This document shows positions 58,068-64,000 of a DNA stretch of 64,000 nt, piece after piece. This DNA comes from Ignavibacteria bacterium RIFOXYC2_FULL_35_21. Its GTDB lineage: Bacteria > Bacteroidota > Ignavibacteria > Kapaibacteriales > UBA2268. The position numbers and the translations under genes are program-made. Each line of letters begins with the position of its first letter. The first letter of the stretch is position 1. The stretch covers positions 1,066-65,065 of the forward strand of contig MHAY01000010.1 in the NCBI GenBank assembly GCA_001804705.1, given 5' to 3'. The notes under the pieces were generated by a model. The model was given only the letters and a program-made list of their open reading frames with translations. It made no database searches and was not told where the DNA came from.

Positions 58068-58535
58068 ATGATTCGATTTTTTCTCATAATGATTTTCTGC
58101 TCGTCTTATCTTTTTGCACAGCAGGAAGCATCTATCCACATTATGCAACAAGGAGGAAAAGACACGACGTTTTCTATTTTCGATATTAACAAAATTACTT
58201 TCACCCCCTGCACTCCTTCGGCAATTTTTGATAATGGAAATCAGACTGTTCTCCCTCAAAAAATTACATTTACAAAGAGCTATCCAAATCCTTTTAATGA
58301 AAATATCACTATTGAATACGATTTGGAAAAGTCAGGAAATGTTTCAATAAGCATTTTTGATTCGCAAGGAAATATTATTACGGATTTAAGCAATAGTTTC
58401 AGGGAAAAAGGAAACCATTCATTCTTATGGAACGGAAAAAATAATCATGGTAATAGCGTATTGAGCGGAATATACTTTTATCAAATCAAATTTGATAATG
58501 AAATCTTAATAAAAAATATTATTCATATTAAATAA
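58068..58535 (+). CDS. Minimal T9SS-sorted protein: 31-aa N-module plus FlgD-Ig-like CTD
   Basis: Signal peptide, short module ending TFTPC, then SYPNPFN...WNGKN...SGIYFY CTD; GGAGG RBS. Confidence 0.85.
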   Translation: MIRFFLIMIFCSSYLFAQQEASIHIMQQGGKDTTFSIFDINKITFTPCTPSAIFDNGNQTVLPQKITFTKSYPNPFNENITIEYDLEKSGNVSISIFDSQGNIITDLSNSFREKGNHSFLWNGKNNHGNSVLSGIYFYQIKFDNEILIKNIIHIK

Positions 58536-58550
58536 TCAGGGAGTAAAAAA

Positions 58551-59276
58551 ATGAAAAAAATATTTTCAATTCTTGCTTTATTTATAACAATTTCTTTGGT
58601 ATCCTTTGCACAACAAGCAAAGATGAACGTTCATACCAATGACGGTAAAATTACAACCTACGAACTTGATAAAATTGATAGCTTGACGTTTACACCATGT
58701 AATACTCCGCAAGACACTACAGTTTCAATCTGCGATCAAGTATGGATGAAGAAAAATCTTGATGTTGACCATTACCGCAACGGTGACCCAATACCACAGG
58801 TTACTGATCCTACGCAATGGGCAAATTTGACTACAGGTGCCTGGTGCTATTACAACAATGACCCGGCAAATCGTACAACTTATGGAAAGATATACAATTG
58901 GTATGCAGTAAATGACTCACGTGGCTTGGCTCCTGTAGGCTGGCACATACCAACGGATGCAGAATGGACTGAATTAGAAAATTGTCTTGGGGGTGAAAGT
59001 GTAGCAGGTGGCAAAATGAAAGAAACAGGCACAACACATTGGTTAAGCCCTAACACAGGAGCGACTAATGAAAGTGGGTTTACAGCTCTTCCGGGTGGTT
59101 CCCGTAGTTATATGAATGGTTTATATTATGAAATTGGACAAAGCGGTGCCTGGTGGTCTTCTACAGAGTTTACACCTTTCGCATATGGCAGGTACATTGT
59201 TTATAATAGCGCTAATTTTAATAGGGACCAATACTATAGGACAAATGGATTTCCAGTTCGTTGTGTAAAGGATTAA
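58551..59276 (+). CDS. FISUMP (Fibrobacter succinogenes major paralogous) domain protein
   Basis: QVWMKKNL, YGKIYNWYAV, PVGWHIPTDAEW, SGFTALPGG, WWSST and GFPVRCVKD motifs; signal peptide; no CTD. Confidence 0.92.
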   Translation: MKKIFSILALFITISLVSFAQQAKMNVHTNDGKITTYELDKIDSLTFTPCNTPQDTTVSICDQVWMKKNLDVDHYRNGDPIPQVTDPTQWANLTTGAWCYYNNDPANRTTYGKIYNWYAVNDSRGLAPVGWHIPTDAEWTELENCLGGESVAGGKMKETGTTHWLSPNTGATNESGFTALPGGSRSYMNGLYYEIGQSGAWWSSTEFTPFAYGRYIVYNSANFNRDQYYRTNGFPVRCVKD

Positions 59277-59310
59277 TTGACAATTATACTTCATATAAAA
59301 AAAATGATAC

Positions 59311-59348
59311 AAACTCCATTTTTCTTATGAAAATTGGAGTTTTTTTTA
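59311..59348 (+). terminator. Intrinsic terminator after the FISUMP gene
   Basis: AAACTCCA...TGGAGTTT followed by a T-run. Confidence 0.75.
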
Positions 59349-59385
59349 TCTGAAAAATTTATTAAGCGAAAAGTGCAATTATTTT

Positions 59386-59703
59386 TCACACCACCCTAAT
59401 CCCATTCTTCAATATTTCTTTGACGAATGGATTGTCTTCTGTGAAGTCTTCAGGGCGGAATGGATGAGTATCTAGGTCGTAGCTGCTTCTTAAGACGGGT
59501 CTGTCAAGCTTAATATTATCAAATAATCTTATACCTTCAAACTCATCAGAAATAACCGCCAAGTCAATATCACTATATTTGTTATAATTACCTGTTGCAT
59601 AGCTTCCAAAAAGAATTGCCTGCTGAATATGAATTTTTTCCTTTTCGGCTTCTTCAATAAAGTGATGTATGATATCCATTATTTGAGCTGGGACTTGAAC
59701 CAT
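59386..59703 (-). CDS. Minimal nucleotidyltransferase (MNT)
   Basis: LFGSYATG and SDIDLAVI motifs. Confidence 0.9.
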   Translation of the reverse strand: MVQVPAQIMDIIHHFIEEAEKEKIHIQQAILFGSYATGNYNKYSDIDLAVISDEFEGIRLFDNIKLDRPVLRSSYDLDTHPFRPEDFTEDNPFVKEILKNGIRVV

Positions 59704-60071
59704 TGGTATCTTTCTTTAATTTTATTAAAATTATCTAAACAATACTCTTTTGTTACTATTTTATGAAATTCTTTTTTATAATCAGGATAACGGTTTTCAA
59801 GATGGAAATTATTTACAAGTCTCAAAAAAGCTAATTCATCTTCAGTTTGGTTTAAAATTGTTTCTTTAGCAAGATTCAAAAGGTTATGAATCTTTGGATG
59901 ATTAACATCCTTATTAAACTTCACCCAATGTGCTTTCAGGATTTTTTCAAGAACTAAATGACCGAGAAACAAACACCAATCATAATGACCGCTATTATAG
60001 AGAGATTCTGCAGTTTCCAAATCATTTTCTGCCGTTTCAATCCAGTATTGTATGGTTTCGTCAATTGTCAT
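59679..60071 (-). CDS. HEPN domain protein (HEPN-MNT pair)
   Basis: A-x-x-DL, EKILKA, KIHNL and RYPD motifs; overlaps the MNT gene. Confidence 0.9.
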   Translation of the reverse strand: MTIDETIQYWIETAENDLETAESLYNSGHYDWCLFLGHLVLEKILKAHWVKFNKDVNHPKIHNLLNLAKETILNQTEDELAFLRLVNNFHLENRYPDYKKEFHKIVTKEYCLDNFNKIKERYQWFKSQLK

Positions 60072-60132
60072 AACCGTCTAAACGAAAAAATAATTTATAA
60101 ATTTTAATATTTCTTTATAAACTACCAAGAAT

Positions 60133-61059
60133 CTATTCTACAATCTCTTCCCTTCTCAAATCAAAGACGAACTGACTGAATTCGGCACTGAACATTATAA
60201 TCAGTACGAAGTAATATACCCATAATGCAATTGATGCGAGTATAGCATAAGTGCCATAGAACAATCCATAAGTTGTAACACCGCTGATATACCATGCAAA
60301 AAGGAAGCGTGAAATTTCTATAAAAACTACACTGATACCAATGCTCAAAAACCTGATGAAACGTTTTGTCTTCTTGTTCGGTACAAACCTGAACAAAAGA
60401 TAAAACAATAGAAAGGATGAAACGATTGAAAAAACTGTTGAATAAATTAATGAAAAAATACTTTGAACGTTCGAAGGTAATGAATTAGCCATCAATTCCT
60501 CTGCGATTGTTGTCAATGGAAAAATAAATGAAGCAACAAGAACAAGTAATGCAAGAGCTATTATAAGAAAAATATCCTTTATTTTATATACAAAGAAAAT
60601 GTGAGGTGAAGGAATTCTGAAAATTCTGTTTAAAGCTGTCCTGAGCGAACTCAACAATGTTGATGAAAGCCATAAAAGTGATATTATACCAATCCACCCG
60701 GCAATGGAACTGCCAGATAAAATACTATTCACTTCTTCAATAGTATTTTTAAGAAAATCGAAAGTCTTGTTATGAGGAGGCAAAACTCCTTCGAGAGCTG
60801 TCGTTAAAAATGAAGATACAGAGCCAATTTCGAAAATTACATTTACGAGATAAATTGCAATCAGCAGTAATGGTATAAGATACAAAAGAATATTGAATGC
60901 AATTCCTGCCGATAAGAGAAAAAGATGGTGCTGTTCGACACGTTCGAAGAAAGATTCAATTCCGGCTACTACTCTTCTGAATTTCTTATTTTTTAAATTA
61001 AGTAAATTCAGGAGTTTTAATATATCCCTGTCCTTGATTTCGAGTTCGAGCATTTTCAA
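60133..61059 (-). CDS. YihY/BrkB family inner-membrane protein
   Basis: SAGIAF...PLLL, ALNRIF, LFRFVPN and YGTYA...LWVYY motifs; six TM helices. Confidence 0.88.
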   Translation of the reverse strand: MKMLELEIKDRDILKLLNLLNLKNKKFRRVVAGIESFFERVEQHHLFLLSAGIAFNILLYLIPLLLIAIYLVNVIFEIGSVSSFLTTALEGVLPPHNKTFDFLKNTIEEVNSILSGSSIAGWIGIISLLWLSSTLLSSLRTALNRIFRIPSPHIFFVYKIKDIFLIIALALLVLVASFIFPLTTIAEELMANSLPSNVQSIFSLIYSTVFSIVSSFLLFYLLFRFVPNKKTKRFIRFLSIGISVVFIEISRFLFAWYISGVTTYGLFYGTYAILASIALWVYYFVLIIMFSAEFSQFVFDLRREEIVE

Positions 61060-61081
61060 TTTTACACTATATATAATAAAA

Positions 61082-61134
61082 CTGTGTCAGGTGAAACACC
61101 TGACACGGATTAAATGAGTTACTCCTGACACGGA
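61082..61134. repeat. REP-like palindrome plus partial second copy
   Basis: CTGTGTCAGGTG-AAA-CACCTGACACGG, with CCTGACACGGA repeated 26 bp later. Confidence 0.7.
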
Positions 61135-61217
61135 ATAATAATGCAATATAGAAAATGAAAATGAAAAATATTGCCGATATTTGAAAATAATGAAAAATGA
61201 AAAATGAAAAATTAATA

Positions 61218-62912
61218 ATGACAAGTATAGTTGATATAAAGAACATTATAATTAGATTTCTTATCCTGATTTTGATTATTGCAGGTTGTGCAAATCCGAT
61301 TCCTCCTTCGGGTGGACCGCCGGACAAGACACCACCTGAGATATTAAGCTATGAACCTGCTAACGGGACACTCAATTTCAATGGAAATTATATTACTCTT
61401 GAATTCAATAAATATATGAATAAAAACGAAGTAAACGATAATGTTTTTATTTCACCTACTGTACCTTTTACTTTGGATTGGAGCGGTAAGGAGCTTGAAA
61501 TTGAATTTACAGAAGAGCTTGCATCAAACACAACCTATGCCCTGACTCTTGGAACAGAATATACAGACTCGAAGCAGAATAAACCGGCAGAAGCATTTTC
61601 ATTAATATTTTCTACAGGTAGTTTTATTGACAGCGGTATTGTCAATGGGCGACTTTATGATAAAGAGCCGGCGGGTGTTTTTATTTTTTGTTATAAGATA
61701 GATAGTATTAATGCAGATACATTGGATCCATCCCATACAAGGCCTTATTCAAGAATACAAGCAGGTACTAACGGTAATTTTGAATTTCGTGCATTAAAGA
61801 ATGGATTATACAGATTCTTTGCAGTTAGGGATAAATTCAAGGATGGGATATATGATAACGGCATGGACGATTTTGGAGCGGCTCCTAACGACGTTTCCGT
61901 TAAACAAGATTCAGCTTCAAATATAAACTTGAAAATCGGGCCTGCAATTGACAAAGTGGGACCAATTTTGAGTATTGCAGAAGCATTAAGCAGCAGAAGA
62001 ATAGAACTGGAATTCAGCGAGGATGTCGATACTTTATCGGTTGATACTTCACTATTTGAAATTTCCGATTCTTCGAATAAGATTAATTATGGAATTATAT
62101 CCGCCAATATAAGTAAGGCAGGAGCCAACAAAATTGAACTTTTTACAGTAAACGAACTGGATACAAGCATAAAATGGTTTGTAACTATTAAAGGTGGTTT
62201 AAAGGATTCAGTTGGAAATGTCATTTCCGATACAAATAACAGAACTTATTTCTATTCGATTCCTGAAAAAGATACAATTGAACCAAAAATAATCAAACTA
62301 CCATTTAAAGACAGCACTTTCAGCGTTAGTCCCGAACAAAGTTTTGATTTTATTTTTAATATAGCAATGCAACAAAACATAAATGATGAAATTAAATTCC
62401 GTATGCCTGAAGGCAGCAAAGAAATACCATTCGATGCACACTGGAAGGACGGAAATCATCTATCTATAAAACCAAAACAATTATTGCAAAGCGATAATTG
62501 GTATTCATTGTCTTTAGACCTTAAAGCTTGGAAAGCGACAAATGGTTTAAGCATGACTGATACAATTGTAAGCATAAGATTCAAAACCAAGGATATTAGA
62601 AGTTATGGAGGGCTCTCCGGTACTTTGAAAGGGAATTATGAAACGGGTGAAAAATACATAATTACACTGATTTCAAAAGATAAAAGCCAAACTTTTACTA
62701 CAAAATCCGATAATGCGGGTAGATGGGAATTTAGCCAAATACCGCCGGGATTTTACACTTTAGAAGTCTATAACGATAAAGACGGTAATAGCAAATACAG
62801 TTATGGAGAACCATATCCATACAAATATTCTGAAATATTCTACGTTTTTGATAAGGAATTTGAGATTAAGCCCAGATGGAAGGTAGAAGATATGCTCATA
62901 ACTCTACCTTAA
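61218..62912 (+). CDS. Ig-like (Big_5) domain lipoprotein
   Basis: Lipobox IAGC followed by ANPIPPSGGPPDKTPP; repeated Ig-like domains. Exact start is uncertain. Confidence 0.82.
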   Translation: MTSIVDIKNIIIRFLILILIIAGCANPIPPSGGPPDKTPPEILSYEPANGTLNFNGNYITLEFNKYMNKNEVNDNVFISPTVPFTLDWSGKELEIEFTEELASNTTYALTLGTEYTDSKQNKPAEAFSLIFSTGSFIDSGIVNGRLYDKEPAGVFIFCYKIDSINADTLDPSHTRPYSRIQAGTNGNFEFRALKNGLYRFFAVRDKFKDGIYDNGMDDFGAAPNDVSVKQDSASNINLKIGPAIDKVGPILSIAEALSSRRIELEFSEDVDTLSVDTSLFEISDSSNKINYGIISANISKAGANKIELFTVNELDTSIKWFVTIKGGLKDSVGNVISDTNNRTYFYSIPEKDTIEPKIIKLPFKDSTFSVSPEQSFDFIFNIAMQQNINDEIKFRMPEGSKEIPFDAHWKDGNHLSIKPKQLLQSDNWYSLSLDLKAWKATNGLSMTDTIVSIRFKTKDIRSYGGLSGTLKGNYETGEKYIITLISKDKSQTFTTKSDNAGRWEFSQIPPGFYTLEVYNDKDGNSKYSYGEPYPYKYSEIFYVFDKEFEIKPRWKVEDMLITLP

Positions 62913-62930
62913 CCAAATAAAGTGTTTAAT

Positions 62931-63198
62931 TAACTCATGTTACGCAAGATATAATTATCTATAAAAGAACAAAATTTTCAATTTTCATTTTTTAATTTTC
63001 ATTGAATTTTCAATGAACAAACTTTTTAAAATAGTCTTTAAATTCAATAATTCTTGAACTCTAAATATATAAATTGAGAAAATGTTTTAAAACTCATTTT
63101 TATTTTAACATTAAATATTGATAAATTGATTGAAAATTGTAAATTGAAAATTAATAATTATTGGATATAGTAATAATAATTTATGCGTAACGTTAATG
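62931..63198. repeat. Degenerate long inverted-repeat element built from AATTTTC/GAAAATT heptamers
   Basis: Outer GTTACGCA...TGCGTAAC. Inner heptamer arrays at about 62973-63015 and 63109-63152 are mutually inverted. Confidence 0.5.
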
Positions 63199-63306
63199 AT
63201 TAATTTGTTAATTACTCTAAAAATCATAATATTTGCTATTGAATCCTATTTAAAAGCTTAAAACAAGCAGGACGTCATTTCCTAAGAGGTTAGGTAAAAA
63301 TATTTT

Positions 63307-64000
63307 ATGGCAGAGATTACTCGGAAAGACAGGATTATTTCTTTTTTTGTAGATGCATTAGATAAGACATTTTCTAATTACAGTAAAAGATATAAAAGCT
63401 GTATAAAAAATTTTTCTGATGATTCCGTACATGATATACGCGTATCAATCAGGCGGTTTATTGCCTTGCTTAAACTGTTTGAATCATTATATCCGAATGA
63501 GTATATCAGCCAACTGAAAAGAGTGATTAAGCAGCAATTAAAGTCCTTTTCTAAGCTTAGAGACACAGATGTGCAGATTGGAAATATGAAAGAAGTGATT
63601 CATAAAGAACCCGTACTTTATACATTCTATAATGACCTGTTAAAGAATGAATCAAGGCTTATTGAAAATATACAGGAGTCACTGCCTGATTATAATATTA
63701 TCGAAATCGAAGGCCTGGTTCTGTTTATTAAGATGGAACTCAAAAAAGCAATTACTGCAAACCTTATAACGGAGAATCAAATAATAATGATAGCAAAACA
63801 AGCTTTCATAAGGGTTATGGATTTGTATGAAGAAGCTAATTCCAAAGATTTGGATTCAATCCATAAAGTGCGGCTTGCATTTAAAAATTATCGGTATTTA
63901 ATGGAAATATTACAAACTCTGGAACCTGATTCCAAATACAATTTTGATGCGATGAAACAATTCCAGACAATATTAGGAAATATTCAGGATAACGTTTCTT
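63307..64000 (+). CDS. CHAD domain (polyphosphate-binding) protein, 3'-partial
   Basis: Not in the ORF track. My translation gives VHDIRVSIRR, LRDTDVQ, IHKVRLAFKNYRYLME and QTILGNIQD motifs. Confidence 0.88.
   Translation, partial: MAEITRKDRIISFFVDALDKTFSNYSKRYKSCIKNFSDDSVHDIRVSIRRFIALLKLFESLYPNEYISQLKRVIKQQLKSFSKLRDTDVQIGNMKEVIHKEPVLYTFYNDLLKNESRLIENIQESLPDYNIIEIEGLVLFIKMELKKAITANLITENQIIMIAKQAFIRVMDLYEEANSKDLDSIHKVRLAFKNYRYLMEILQTLEPDSKYNFDAMKQFQTILGNIQDNVS

Noticed and set aside
59100-59276. FISUMP C-terminus as a diversity-generating retroelement variable region
   Set aside because: No reverse transcriptase or adenine-variant template repeat was seen in the window. A trans-acting DGR cannot be excluded without the genome.
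1364-63566. Numerous short antisense or alternate-frame ORFs inside long genes (e.g. 3508-3861, 52807-53295, 63378-63566)
   Set aside because: Shadow ORFs of well-supported genes, with no RBS or domain evidence.
1-64000. CRISPR array or integron cassette array
   Set aside because: No regularly spaced repeat-spacer series, cas genes or integron integrase. The palindromic repeats are dispersed between housekeeping genes.

Overview
Low-GC bacterial chromosomal window, most consistent with the FCB group near Ignavibacteria/Ca. Kapabacteria. This assignment is inference from six proteins with type IX secretion (T9SS) C-terminal sorting domains, Bacteroidota-type TTTG-N20-TAnnTTTG promoters, and retained AGGAG Shine-Dalgarno sites. 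Housekeeping genes: degP-type protease, addB-like, iorAB, polyprenyl synthetase, dprA, pruA, mraZ-rsmH, purC, rodA, pdxA, rplM-rpsI-rpsB-tsf-pyrH-frr and tRNA-Val(GAC). Accessory content includes large T9SS surface proteins (one with seven Cys-rich repeats), a secreted TPR-CHAT protease, a defence pair (Shedu plus a methyltransferase-nuclease fusion), an S8 protease-lipoprotein cassette with a C10 tract, decayed toxin-antitoxin loci and many small palindromic repeats, including a nested 188-bp MITE. The best candidate for a new system lies just after tRNA-Val. A tiny protein that is essentially a 30-aa module plus a T9SS sorting domain is encoded next to a FISUMP-domain protein with the same module but no sorting domain, suggesting piggy-back secretion. 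The pair is divergent from a membrane-anchored putative regulator, with helically phased repeats between them. All family assignments come from motif recognition by eye, and no searches were run.
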